Below, piece after piece: positions 48,605 to 59,880 of a DNA stretch of 64,000 bases. The first letter of the stretch is position 1. Each line of letters starts with the position of its first letter. A program made the position numbers and the translations under genes. The notes under the pieces were generated by a model. That model did no database searches. It was not told where the DNA came from and saw nothing but the letters and a program-made list of their open reading frames with translations. Source of the DNA: Alphaproteobacteria bacterium (GTDB lineage: Bacteria > Pseudomonadota > Alphaproteobacteria > Rickettsiales > JABCZZ01); NCBI GenBank assembly GCA_013288335.1, contig JABDCC010000002.1, forward strand, positions 8,521 through 72,520, in the 5' to 3' direction.

Positions 48605-50259
48605 CTTTTACGTTTGTTTACGTCACGCTGGCTCGACATATGCTCCGCCATACGACGCAGGGGCTCGCTGCAATTATCACGCGGCACCACCACTTCAATC
48701 AGATACATATCTTTGGTGTTGGCAAACGCCTCTTTGAGCGTGGCCTCAAGCGCGCCTTTGGTTTTTACTTTCACCGCCTTACCATAGTTGAGCAATTCAC
48801 AGATTTTGGTGTATTTCCACGGATGGATATTATTAAACGGCCCATCAATAATGTGACGCTGTGTGCCGTAGCCATCGTTATTGATAATGCAGACAATCGG
48901 GTTCATACCTTCCTTGGCCACGGTGGAAAGCTCAATGCCGGTCATCTGGAATGCGCCGTCGCCGATGATTGCAATCGTGCGCCCCTTTGTGTCAGCAGCC
49001 ATTGCGCCGATTGCGGCTGGCATGGCAAACCCCATGGAAAGGTAATAGGCGTCGGAGAGGAAATTATTGCGCTTGGTCGTGCGCAACCCAATCGCGCCCA
49101 TTAAAGCATCGCCCGTGTCGCAGATAACATTCGTTCCCTCTTTCATGGTGAGGCCGACGAGGCGGAAGAACGTTTCCACATCCACAGGTTCGGCTCTCTC
49201 CTTGGCAGTGAGGGGTTTTGGCGTAACGCTCGGGTTTGGGTTCTTGAATTTTGCTTTGGGTTTTATTTTGGCAGCGCGCAAACCTTCCAGAAAATCCTTA
49301 AACAACACATCGTCATAGCCATGCAAACCAATGCGGGTTTTTTCCGTGGTGGAAAGGATGCAGTTTTTACGCTCTAATTTTGCAGCGGAGGCCCCTAAGA
49401 ATACATCGGTAATAAATGCGCCAAACAAAATAACGCAGTCGCTGTTTTCAACGTAATTTTTGCAGCCCGGCTCCGATAGCCCGCCACTATAAACGCCGAT
49501 ATAGTTGGGATTGGTCTCGCTGATAATACTTTTGGAAAGCAGCGTTGCCGCAATCGGGATGTTTAATTTCTTGGCAAGCGCAACCGCGATGTCGGTCAAG
49601 CCGTGACGCTGCAATTCTACGTCAGCAATAATCACCGGCTGTTTGGCGCGGCTTATCATTTCGGCGGCTTCACGCAATGCTCCTTCAAGATTTTCAGGGT
49701 CACTAGTCAGCACTTCCTTATTGCGACGTGTGGGAAGTTTCACTGGCTCATCAACAATATCATAGGGGATTTCAATATAACCTGGGCGGCACTGCGTTTG
49801 CACTGCTTCAATCACGCGGATGATTTCTGCGGCAGCGGTTTCTGCATCCATTAGCACGGTGTTGGCGCAGGTGACTTCTTCGAAGATGCGGCGTTGTGTG
49901 TCAAATGTGCGCACCTTGTGATGAATTAACGGATCGCTACGGCGATCAAATGTTGCAGGGCCGCCGGAAATCACCAGCATCGGGCTTTTCTCGGCGTAAG
50001 CACAGGCAACCGAATTGAGCATGTTGAGGCCGCCTACACAGTAAGTGACGCATGCCACACCCAAACCATTGACGCGCGCGTAGCCGTCGGCGGCAAAGCC
50101 TACTGAAGGTTCGTGTGTCATGGTGATGAGTTTTATTTTAGAGCGATCAAGCCAGCGGAAAGTGGGCAATGCAAAATCACCGGGGATGCCAAACGCAGTT
50201 CTGATGCCTTTGCTGTAGAGATAGTCGAACAGGAATTCACCAACGGTCTGAGTCGCCAT
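48601..50259 (-). CDS. thiamine-diphosphate-dependent alpha-keto-acid decarboxylase (IpdC/PDC family)
   Basis: 552 aa with N-terminal Pyr domain (FGIPGDFALPTF..HEPSVGFAADGYAR). The C-terminal ThDP-binding motif is present (IGDGAFQMT...CIINNDGY). Substrate cannot be inferred by eye. Confidence 0.75.
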   Translation of the reverse strand: MATQTVGEFLFDYLYSKGIRTAFGIPGDFALPTFRWLDRSKIKLITMTHEPSVGFAADGYARVNGLGVACVTYCVGGLNMLNSVACAYAEKSPMLVISGGPATFDRRSDPLIHHKVRTFDTQRRIFEEVTCANTVLMDAETAAAEIIRVIEAVQTQCRPGYIEIPYDIVDEPVKLPTRRNKEVLTSDPENLEGALREAAEMISRAKQPVIIADVELQRHGLTDIAVALAKKLNIPIAATLLSKSIISETNPNYIGVYSGGLSEPGCKNYVENSDCVILFGAFITDVFLGASAAKLERKNCILSTTEKTRIGLHGYDDVLFKDFLEGLRAAKIKPKAKFKNPNPSVTPKPLTAKERAEPVDVETFFRLVGLTMKEGTNVICDTGDALMGAIGLRTTKRNNFLSDAYYLSMGFAMPAAIGAMAADTKGRTIAIIGDGAFQMTGIELSTVAKEGMNPIVCIINNDGYGTQRHIIDGPFNNIHPWKYTKICELLNYGKAVKVKTKGALEATLKEAFANTKDMYLIEVVVPRDNCSEPLRRMAEHMSSQRDVNKRKS

Positions 50260-50318
50260 ATCGCCTCGCTTTTATAATTGACTTACAATATGCTAACGAG
50301 GCTTACAAAAATAGTAAA

Positions 50319-50699
50319 CTAAATACCTTTGTCATTACCAGATGGCTTTTTTACAATGTCTTGCTGCCAGTTTTTCTGTGGCGACGGAACTTCAGGAACA
50401 TTAGAATATTCTTTGGTGTCCTGCGTGCGCGCAGACATTTTATCCCTGAAACGCTTATTATCCTCAAACAATTCATCGAATTTATGGTTAGCCTTGTACA
50501 CAGAGTACCCTGCAAAGGCAACGAGTGCCGCACCTAGAAAAATACTTCCGGAGGCAAATGCAAATACACACGCCACAACCGCCACTAACGCAAATAGGCC
50601 CCAAGTGATGGTTTTGCTGGATTCAACATCAGCATTCCAGCCATATTTCATTGTATCGCGAACCCTGTCGTATTTGCTGTATGGCTGATTTTCAGGCAT
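50319..50699 (-). CDS. hypothetical membrane protein
   Basis: 126-aa ORF with two adjacent hydrophobic helices (WGLFALVAVVACVFAFASGSIFLGAALVAFAGY). No family recognised. Confidence 0.5.
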   Translation of the reverse strand: MPENQPYSKYDRVRDTMKYGWNADVESSKTITWGLFALVAVVACVFAFASGSIFLGAALVAFAGYSVYKANHKFDELFEDNKRFRDKMSARTQDTKEYSNVPEVPSPQKNWQQDIVKKPSGNDKGI

Positions 50700-50794
50700 G
50701 TTTAACTTTCAATGATTCGCATATCCTGGATTTGAAGATACAGCATAATACAGGGAAATTCAATTCCGGTGAAAATTTAGCATTAAACCCAAAA

Positions 50795-50831
50795 GCACAA
50801 AAAAGCCTCCGTGTTTCCACAGAGGCTTTTT
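50795..50831 (-). terminator. rho-independent terminator ~130 nt downstream of the 16S rRNA gene
   Basis: Minus strand reads AAAAAGCCTC-t-GTG-gaaa-CAC-g-GAGGCTTTTT, followed by TGTGCTTTT. The GC core stem is extended by A/T pairs and followed by a U-run. No gene on the plus strand reads into it. Confidence 0.65.
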
Positions 50832-50959
50832 CGCGTTGTTTAAGCGCTGATACAATGAAAGAGCATTTAGGCACAGATGACGGCAGTGTCAGATATGTAA
50901 GAAAATGAGAAATAAATGGTAAGATAATTCTTACAATCATTAATACTTCTCTTCCTTAG

Positions 50960-52447
<1,488 letters not shown>

Positions 52448-52766
52448 ATGATCCAAGCTTTAGTCTAAACTAACTATTGCTAGTTAGTCCTCAAATAAAG
52501 CGAATTGATTGTTCGCACGCTGTCACATTATCCTCGCCATCACAGCTAAAGGATAATTGCGACCACAAAAATAAATAAAATTAATTATTCAAAAATTACA
52601 TGGTTGATAACTTGATAAATCAAGTCATCTCGCACAAATAACAGCGTAACGGAAAATTCCGACACGCCATCACCTGCGCTTAAATGCTCTATTCACTTTG
52701 TAAAACATCAGGTTATCAGCCGTTTTTCAGGCAATAACACTTCCACCGCCAATCGCGGGGAGGCAA

Positions 52767-52796
52767 CTTATAGGGGTAACAGGGTGAATATGTCAA
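52767..52796 (-). promoter_or_regulatory. candidate sigma70-type promoter for the 16S gene
   Basis: Minus strand reads TTGACA (52796-52791), an 18-nt spacer, then TATAAG (52772-52767). It lies ~320 nt upstream of mature 16S, just after the cca stop. Spacing is one longer than optimal and there is no experimental support. Confidence 0.3.
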
Positions 52797-52854
52797 CAGC
52801 AAAAATGAAGTTTCTTGCATAAAAAATATTTGCCGTGGGAAACCGAGGCAACTC

Positions 52855-54075
52855 CTAGGTTTTGCGCGCAGCACGCGCAAGCAGTTCTTCTTTACTTGGC
52901 GTATAATTATTCTCTTCCCAGTATTCTTCCAGATTTTCAAGTAAAACGCCTAAATCTTTGCCGGATTTCAACCCCGCATGTATTAAGTCATCACCGGTCA
53001 CCGGAAACTCGGGTATATTCCAATCTTGAACCAGCGCCATAGCTTTTAGACCAGTTTGCTCATCAAACCTTTCCGCCATTGATAATAAAACCTCCTCGAT
53101 AAATAATCTTTTACCAAAGTTTCGTATATGTTTCTTCCACAATTTCTCTTCGTTTTTCCCCTGTATAGGGCAATCGCGTACACATAAATCACATAATCTC
53201 AGATAATGCGCCTTCGATAATTTCCAACGAGCAGCGATACTTTGTATTATAGGAAGCTTATCTCCTTTAACGCTGCGCAACAATGCCATCAGAGCCAGAA
53301 TCGGATCAACTGGATATATAATTATTGTCTTTGATAGGGCAGACAATTTTTTAAGTGAAGTAACATTCACACTCACAGGCAAAACATATTTTAGTATTTT
53401 GTTTTCCTGCATCATGTCAATTACATCTGCGGCGTCATCAGCCACAAGCAACTTGAACATCTCCTGCTGAATACGTTCACCAGAAAGATTATCTATCTTC
53501 GCAGCATTGGCGGCACAAGCGGTCAGCGCGTCTTTGTCGGCAACGCCTACTCCGTAATGGGCAAAGAAACGGAAGAACCGCAAAATCCTAAGAGCATCTT
53601 CAGCAATGCGTTGGTTGGGGTCGCCGATAAAACGCACATAATTGGCGTGTAAATCTGCGCGGCCATTAAAGTAATCGGTGATCTCCCCTTGCGCATCTGC
53701 ATAAAGCGCATTCACGGTAAAGTCGCGCCGCTCGGCATCTTCGCGCCAGTTATCCGTATAGGCCACTACTGCACGCCTGCCGTCGGTCGCCACATCACGC
53801 CTGAGTGTGGTGATTTCAAAATGTTTTTTGCCCACTACCGCAGTTACTGTGCCGTGATCAATGCCAGTGGGTATGGTTTTAATGCCGGATTTAGCAAGAA
53901 GTTTCATCACCGCTTCGGGAAGTAATGGCGTTGCCAGATCGACATCTTTCACTGCGATCGCTAAAATACCATCACGCACGCAACCACCGACAAAACGAAA
54001 CGGCTCCGCACCAAAAGCTGCAATCAATTTTTGTGTTTCAGGCCAGTGTAACCAATCGGGATTAAATTTTTCCAT
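52855..54075 (-). CDS. cca: CCA-adding tRNA nucleotidyltransferase / poly(A) polymerase family protein
   Basis: 406 aa with the class II nucleotidyltransferase head motif FVGGCVRDGIL...KDVDLAT and RRDFTVNALY. The start overlaps the glnD stop (TGATG). Confidence 0.8.
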   Translation of the reverse strand: MEKFNPDWLHWPETQKLIAAFGAEPFRFVGGCVRDGILAIAVKDVDLATPLLPEAVMKLLAKSGIKTIPTGIDHGTVTAVVGKKHFEITTLRRDVATDGRRAVVAYTDNWREDAERRDFTVNALYADAQGEITDYFNGRADLHANYVRFIGDPNQRIAEDALRILRFFRFFAHYGVGVADKDALTACAANAAKIDNLSGERIQQEMFKLLVADDAADVIDMMQENKILKYVLPVSVNVTSLKKLSALSKTIIIYPVDPILALMALLRSVKGDKLPIIQSIAARWKLSKAHYLRLCDLCVRDCPIQGKNEEKLWKKHIRNFGKRLFIEEVLLSMAERFDEQTGLKAMALVQDWNIPEFPVTGDDLIHAGLKSGKDLGVLLENLEEYWEENNYTPSKEELLARAARKT

Positions 54076-56795
54076 CAGCCTGCCTGCTTTGTTTTCTCAG
54101 GTGCACCAGAAGACAATGCCTCAGTTAGTGCGGCCTGAATCTGACGAACTTTACTTTCGTGGTTAATCTTCATGCCAAATACATCTTTTACATAAAACAC
54201 ATCCACTGCGCGCTCGCCGTAGGTGGTAATGTGCGCTGTAGAAATAGTTAGCCCCAGCTCGGCAAGTATATTCGTAACCGTATGCAGGAACCCTACCCTA
54301 TCGCGGCCACCCACTTCGATTACCGTGTAATTCGCACTTACTTTATTTTCAATATACACACGTGGTGGCACTTTGAAAACCTCCATACGGCTCGGGTAAG
54401 GCAAGCGAATCGCAGCAATTTCCTTGGCGATATCAAGCTCGCCGGTGACCGCTTTATTCATAAAAACGGAAAGACGCGCGAGTTTATCGGGTTTATCAAA
54501 CGCATGGTGATCCATGTCCTGAATGTGGAACATTTCAATCGCCATGCCATTTTTAAACGTGAAGATTTTCGCACTCAAAATATTCGCTCCGGCAAGTGCG
54601 ATGGCCCCGGAGATTTTTGAAAATAATCCAGGCTGATCGGCAGTGCATAATATAATATCTGTAATGGCTCGGAAGGAATCGCTCTTCGTATCAAGTACCA
54701 GTGGCTGTTTTGAACTCTCCTGTTCCTTCAGAGCTTTTGCAATGCGTGCATGAGTGCTTGCATCAAAATTTGACCAGAAGGTGGAACCACCTTGTTCAAG
54801 ATAATCATCAATCGCTTTACTCTTCCAACCTGGCAACAAGCTCGCAAGCTCGGTACGTAACGCTGCCTGCTCCACTTTGCGAGCCTGCTTATCGCTCGCA
54901 CCCATTTTTTCTTCCGCCGCGTAATATAATTCACGGAGTAGCGAACCTTTCCAGCCATTCCAGACTGCAGGCCCTACCGCACGAATATCCGCGACGGTTA
55001 AAAGCAATAGCAAGCGCAAACGCTCCGGCGATTGCACATTGTCCACAAAATCTTCAATAGTTTTTGGGTCGGTTAAATCGCGCTTGAACGCAGTACGGCT
55101 CATGAGTAAATGATACCGCACAAGCCACGCACAGGTTTCTGCTTCATATTCGTCAAAACCGAAACGCCGCGCAAGCTTGCGCACAATCACCTCACCCAGC
55201 ATCGAGTGATCACCACCTTTACCTTTGGCAATGTCATGTGCGAACAAAGATAAAAAGAGAACCCGTTTTGAATTAATGAGAGGGAACAATTCATTGGCAA
55301 GCGGCATCTCTTCTTTGAATTTTCCGGCACCAATTTTATGCAAAATGCCAATGGCAAATATCGTGTGCTCATCAACCGTATATACATGATACATATCAAA
55401 CTGCATCTGCCCGCTAACACGGCCAAAATCAGGAATAAATTTACCAAGCACACCCGCCTCACTCATGCGTCGCAGAGTCGGCTCAGGGTTATGTTTGGAC
55501 AACATAATGTTCATGAAAGCTTCGTTGGCTTTTTCGTCACGCCTAAGGCTTGCATCAATAAGCCATAAATTGCGCGTGATAATCTGTAACGTATGCGGGT
55601 GAATATCTAGCTTATGTTCATGCGCCGTTTCAAACAACGTTATAAACAGCAGTGGTTTTTTCTTGAAAGCATCCTCGGAAGCAACCGCTATGCGTTCGCC
55701 ATCAAGCTGAAATTCGCCCAGATCGGCACTATGCTGCATACGGCTGCCGAGGCCAATGCGGGGTTTACGCTTTTTACTTTCTTCAAGCACTGCACATACG
55801 CTGCGCGTGAGATTTCCGACGGTGCGCACCACCAGAAAATATTGTTTCATAAAACGTTCTACCGAATGAGCATTGCTGTCGTCATGAAAACCCATCGCTT
55901 CGGCCACGGAGCGTTGCATATCGAATGTAAGACGCTCTTCCGCGCGCCCCGCTATAAGATGCATATGAATACGCACCAACCAAAGAAAATGCTGTGCCAT
56001 GACGAAGGATTTATATTCATCTTTGGTCAGAATTTTATTTTCCACCAGCTCATCCAGTGATTTTATTTTATAAATATATTGAGCAAGCCAATAGAGCGTA
56101 TGTAAATCACGCAAGCCCCCCTTGCCTTCCTTGATATTGGGCTCAAGCACATAACGCGAATCACCACAACGATGGTGATTGTCTTCGCGCTCCGCCAACT
56201 TTGCTTCCACAAAATCAAGCTCGCTGCTGCCTGCCGTATAATTTTCAAACTGCTTTGTGAAGGTATCAAATATTTTAACGTCACCACAAATAAGCCGTGC
56301 ATCGAGCAGGCTTGTGCAAATAGTGACATCACTTTTGGCTTTAGAAATAGTTTCCTCAGCCGTGCGAATCGTCTGCCCGATAGTCAGGCGTAAATCCCAC
56401 AGGCAATATAGCAACCATTGTACAAACTCCGGAGGTTTTTTATCTTTCTTATCGCGCAGGAAAAGTAAATCTATGTCTGAATAGGGAAATAATTCGCTCC
56501 GCCCATAGCCGCCAATGGCCATTATAGCAATGGGCTGCCCTCTCGTATGGGGCTTGGCTGTTTCGCATAATACTTCGATGATGCTATCTATTAAAAATGC
56601 AGTTTCGGCAACAAAATCGCTGGGTTCAGATTTCGCAAGAAATCGATCTTTTATGACGGTTTTTCCTTGAGTATATAATTCATGTATTACTGGCATGACC
56701 TGGGCGCGCAAAGCCTCAAGCGTAGCGGCTTTGCCAATCCGTGCAATTGCCGCTTTTGTATCAATTATGTCATTAGGGCTTTTTATCTTCGTCAT
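54075..56795 (-). CDS. glnD: [protein-PII] uridylyltransferase/uridylyl-removing enzyme
   Basis: ATG 56795 (MTKIKSPND..); the track start 56846 is TTG. Nucleotidyltransferase motif (AIGGYGRSELFPYSDIDLLFL), HD domain (LFAHDIAKG) and two C-terminal ACT domains are present. Confidence 0.9.
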   Translation of the reverse strand: MTKIKSPNDIIDTKAAIARIGKAATLEALRAQVMPVIHELYTQGKTVIKDRFLAKSEPSDFVAETAFLIDSIIEVLCETAKPHTRGQPIAIMAIGGYGRSELFPYSDIDLLFLRDKKDKKPPEFVQWLLYCLWDLRLTIGQTIRTAEETISKAKSDVTICTSLLDARLICGDVKIFDTFTKQFENYTAGSSELDFVEAKLAEREDNHHRCGDSRYVLEPNIKEGKGGLRDLHTLYWLAQYIYKIKSLDELVENKILTKDEYKSFVMAQHFLWLVRIHMHLIAGRAEERLTFDMQRSVAEAMGFHDDSNAHSVERFMKQYFLVVRTVGNLTRSVCAVLEESKKRKPRIGLGSRMQHSADLGEFQLDGERIAVASEDAFKKKPLLFITLFETAHEHKLDIHPHTLQIITRNLWLIDASLRRDEKANEAFMNIMLSKHNPEPTLRRMSEAGVLGKFIPDFGRVSGQMQFDMYHVYTVDEHTIFAIGILHKIGAGKFKEEMPLANELFPLINSKRVLFLSLFAHDIAKGKGGDHSMLGEVIVRKLARRFGFDEYEAETCAWLVRYHLLMSRTAFKRDLTDPKTIEDFVDNVQSPERLRLLLLLTVADIRAVGPAVWNGWKGSLLRELYYAAEEKMGASDKQARKVEQAALRTELASLLPGWKSKAIDDYLEQGGSTFWSNFDASTHARIAKALKEQESSKQPLVLDTKSDSFRAITDIILCTADQPGLFSKISGAIALAGANILSAKIFTFKNGMAIEMFHIQDMDHHAFDKPDKLARLSVFMNKAVTGELDIAKEIAAIRLPYPSRMEVFKVPPRVYIENKVSANYTVIEVGGRDRVGFLHTVTNILAELGLTISTAHITTYGERAVDVFYVKDVFGMKINHESKVRQIQAALTEALSSGAPEKTKQAG

Positions 56796-56894
56796 ATTAT
56801 GCTTAAGTTTATTATAATTTAACTTTGTAAATATAAAAATCAGCAATACAAGTTTATCATCATTTCATTGAAAAGATACAGGTGGGATAAAATA

Positions 56895-59057
56895 ATGACA
56901 AAAACGCAATACCGACTGGCCATTACTAAACCCGAAGAAGGAGCGGGTGCCGCATTCGACGCTATGAGTGAGTTACTGGTTTCGCTAAAAATTCCCTACA
57001 CCACGCAAGAAGTCAGCATGGATTTGTCGGAGCGGGTGCTAAATCCCGAAGCAGTAAAAGATGCGGTCAATTTTGTTAAAAATAATCCAGAAGTCATTTA
57101 TGTAAAAGGCCCGGGCATTACGCCAACGGATGAGCAGATATTTCAGACTATTATAACCCTTGAGAAAAGGGGTAATTTGTTTTTCAAGGGATCTGCGGCG
57201 ACACTCAATGATAATATTGCCGAATTACGTGAGAGTTTTCGCCCGCTTGAATCCGATGAACACATGCAGGATTTTGCAAAAAAAACTATGTTGCTCCGAG
57301 TGCCTTTCGGTGGCCTTGGCAGCCCTAATGCTGGTTGGCGCGATGATTTACAGGCAAATTTAAAGCGCGGAACTTCCGATAAATTAGCAAAGAATTCTCT
57401 GGTGCAGCCGCCTAAGTGGGAAACTACCACACCGCTTACCATTGCCGCATTTGCGCCTACGGAAAATAATCGCCTGACCGCTATTATTGAAAAACCCACT
57501 ACGTTTACCGTAAATTTTGAGCCGGAAGATAAATCATCGCCAACTGAAAAAATTGGTGCACAAGAAGTAAGTGGCAACACTCCTGTCAGAATTTCATCCT
57601 TTAATGAAGCAGAAGTCAAAGCTTGGGCAAAATCGGTACTGGGCAACATTTCACCGCAAACCCAAATCGCGCATGGAACCAAACAAACGGTGCTTAAAAA
57701 ATCCGATGTTTCTTTAATTGGCTGGATACAGAATGTTTTAGACGAATTAAATCTTGCAACTCAGATAGCCCCGTTCGCACGCAAGAAAGATGCGCCTGAT
57801 AAGTTGGGCGCTTTACTGGTGGATGATTTGTTTTCACGACTTTCCACAACTGAGCTTACCACTCCTACCATGATATTATCGCCTAATCATTCTTACGGAA
57901 CGTATGTTAAAGATGTATGGGACGGCATTAAGACAAATGGTGGATTTAAAATTACCCAGAACTCGGAAATCGTCCGCGCTTCTGCCACCCGCGATCACTA
58001 TAAAGCCATAGAATATAAAGCCGAGAAGCCGGGAACACTTGCAATTAAGGATAAAGATGGCAACGCCATATTAAGTAAAAAACTTGCAGGTGGCGACGCA
58101 GCAATGGTCACGCATTTTGATCGCGCCCGCGTTAAAAGCATGGTGGGAAGCACGCTCAAAAGCGCCAACGAAAATGGTCGTAAAAATATTCTCTTTGGTT
58201 TTGATAAAGATGATCCCTACTACGAAATCGCTGTTGATGAACTTGATGCAATTAAAGGACAATATCCCAATTTAAATATTGAAGTGCTGGATGCTGCAAA
58301 AGCAACGGTGAAATATTTAACCGGCGGCGCAAAAGATACAACCTTGATGCTCAATAATATCTATGGTGATTTTGCAACCGATATTGAACTAAACGGCAAG
58401 GGCACATCGTACTCAGTCGGCACCTTGCCCGATGGCAGAGGCGTGGTAGAACTTGGCTCTGGCGGAACGGCTCCTGATTTAATCACGTTATGGAAAGAAA
58501 CCTGTATTTTGCGTTTTAATCCCATGTCATTTATTGAAGGCATCAGTCTTGCTATTACGGCTGCCACCAATAAACTACCGGAAGGCAAAGAAAAAAATCT
58601 TGCGATTGCCACAGCGAAAGCACTCGAAGATGGTATTTATCTATCGACCAACAAGGGAATCGTACTGCCGATTGTAAAAGGTAAATTCCGCAAAAACCCA
58701 GATGCTGAATATAAAGAAGTAAGTACAGAAACTTTCCTTAAATCAGTGGAGCTGGAAGCTATAAGGATTTTAAAAGATCAAAAGCTGATCACCGATATTT
58801 CCGATGAAAAAATCGCTCATATGCAGAGCGAGCTGAATAATGCCATTGCAACCGATAAAGCGTTGTTTGCCGCAGAGAAGAAACATGGACAAAAATGGAA
58901 AGAGCTTACACTCACATGGAATAATAAGCGTGAAGCATCAAGCGAAATTGACATTATAAAACCGCACTTTTCCATTGATATTCCGCCTGATATTAAAATC
59001 TCTACACTCAATGAAGATGTGCTTTTAAATCTGCAAGCCACTCGCGCTACCAGTTAA
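56895..59057 (+). CDS. monomeric isocitrate-dehydrogenase-like protein (highly divergent)
   Basis: ATG 56895 lies 8 nt after GGTGGG (track start 56868 is TTG). About 720 aa. Several short segments line up, from memory, with Azotobacter/Corynebacterium monomeric IDH. These are VKGPGITP..L.K.G, FKGSA, TKQTVLKKSDVSLIGW, SPNHSYGTY, NIYGDFATD and ELGSGGTAPD. Overall identity appears low. Confidence 0.5.
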   Translation: MTKTQYRLAITKPEEGAGAAFDAMSELLVSLKIPYTTQEVSMDLSERVLNPEAVKDAVNFVKNNPEVIYVKGPGITPTDEQIFQTIITLEKRGNLFFKGSAATLNDNIAELRESFRPLESDEHMQDFAKKTMLLRVPFGGLGSPNAGWRDDLQANLKRGTSDKLAKNSLVQPPKWETTTPLTIAAFAPTENNRLTAIIEKPTTFTVNFEPEDKSSPTEKIGAQEVSGNTPVRISSFNEAEVKAWAKSVLGNISPQTQIAHGTKQTVLKKSDVSLIGWIQNVLDELNLATQIAPFARKKDAPDKLGALLVDDLFSRLSTTELTTPTMILSPNHSYGTYVKDVWDGIKTNGGFKITQNSEIVRASATRDHYKAIEYKAEKPGTLAIKDKDGNAILSKKLAGGDAAMVTHFDRARVKSMVGSTLKSANENGRKNILFGFDKDDPYYEIAVDELDAIKGQYPNLNIEVLDAAKATVKYLTGGAKDTTLMLNNIYGDFATDIELNGKGTSYSVGTLPDGRGVVELGSGGTAPDLITLWKETCILRFNPMSFIEGISLAITAATNKLPEGKEKNLAIATAKALEDGIYLSTNKGIVLPIVKGKFRKNPDAEYKEVSTETFLKSVELEAIRILKDQKLITDISDEKIAHMQSELNNAIATDKALFAAEKKHGQKWKELTLTWNNKREASSEIDIIKPHFSIDIPPDIKISTLNEDVLLNLQATRATS

Positions 59058-59061
59058 AATT

Positions 59062-59880
59062 ATGGCAAAGTTTAAAGTAAGTTTGGTTCAGCTCTGTGCG
59101 CAGGATGATTTATCCGTCAATATAAACATGGTGGAAAGATATATCCGCGAGGCATCCTCGCAGGGTGCAAAGCTAGTGTGCCTGCCGGAAAATACTTTCT
59201 TCATGCAAGCGCCCGGCAAAGGCCAGCACCCCGATTCAACCGAGGCAATTGATCGTTGCTGTGCACTTGCGGTAGAATTGAAGTTATGGATTCTGATAGG
59301 CTCCGCGCACATCGGAAATGACGAAAAGAAATCGTGGAACCGTTCCATACTTGTCAGCGATAAAGGTAAAATAGTTGCCGAATATGACAAGATCCATCTC
59401 TTCGATGTCACGCTTAAAAACGGTGAAATCTACGCGGAATCGGAGCGCATTTCCGGCGGGGCGGAAGCCGTGCTGGCAAACACCCCTTGGGGCATGATGG
59501 GAATGACAGTATGTTATGACCTCCGTTTTGCCGGACTCTACCGCACGCTCGCACAAGCGGGCGCCACCCTCATCGGCATACCTGCCGCATTTACCTACAC
59601 CACCGGCATCGCACACTGGCATGTACTGCTGCGCGCACGCGCGATTGAAACCGGCTGCTATATTTTTGCGCCCGCACAATGCGGAATCCACCCCGGCAAC
59701 CGGCGCACCTACGGACACTCACTGATAGTATCGCCCTGGGGTGAAATTATTGCCGAAGCCAGTGAAGACAAAACCGAAATCATCACTGCGGAAATTGATA
59801 CGGATAAAGTCAGCGAAGCACGCAGCATGATTCCATCGCTCACCCATGACCGAAAATTTACGTTAAAGAAATTTAAATGA
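59062..59880 (+). CDS. carbon-nitrogen hydrolase family protein (Nit/omega-amidase-like)
   Basis: 272 aa with the Glu-Lys-Cys triad contexts VCLPE, YDKIHLFD and GMTVCYDLRF. Confidence 0.85.
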   Translation: MAKFKVSLVQLCAQDDLSVNINMVERYIREASSQGAKLVCLPENTFFMQAPGKGQHPDSTEAIDRCCALAVELKLWILIGSAHIGNDEKKSWNRSILVSDKGKIVAEYDKIHLFDVTLKNGEIYAESERISGGAEAVLANTPWGMMGMTVCYDLRFAGLYRTLAQAGATLIGIPAAFTYTTGIAHWHVLLRARAIETGCYIFAPAQCGIHPGNRRTYGHSLIVSPWGEIIAEASEDKTEIITAEIDTDKVSEARSMIPSLTHDRKFTLKKFK

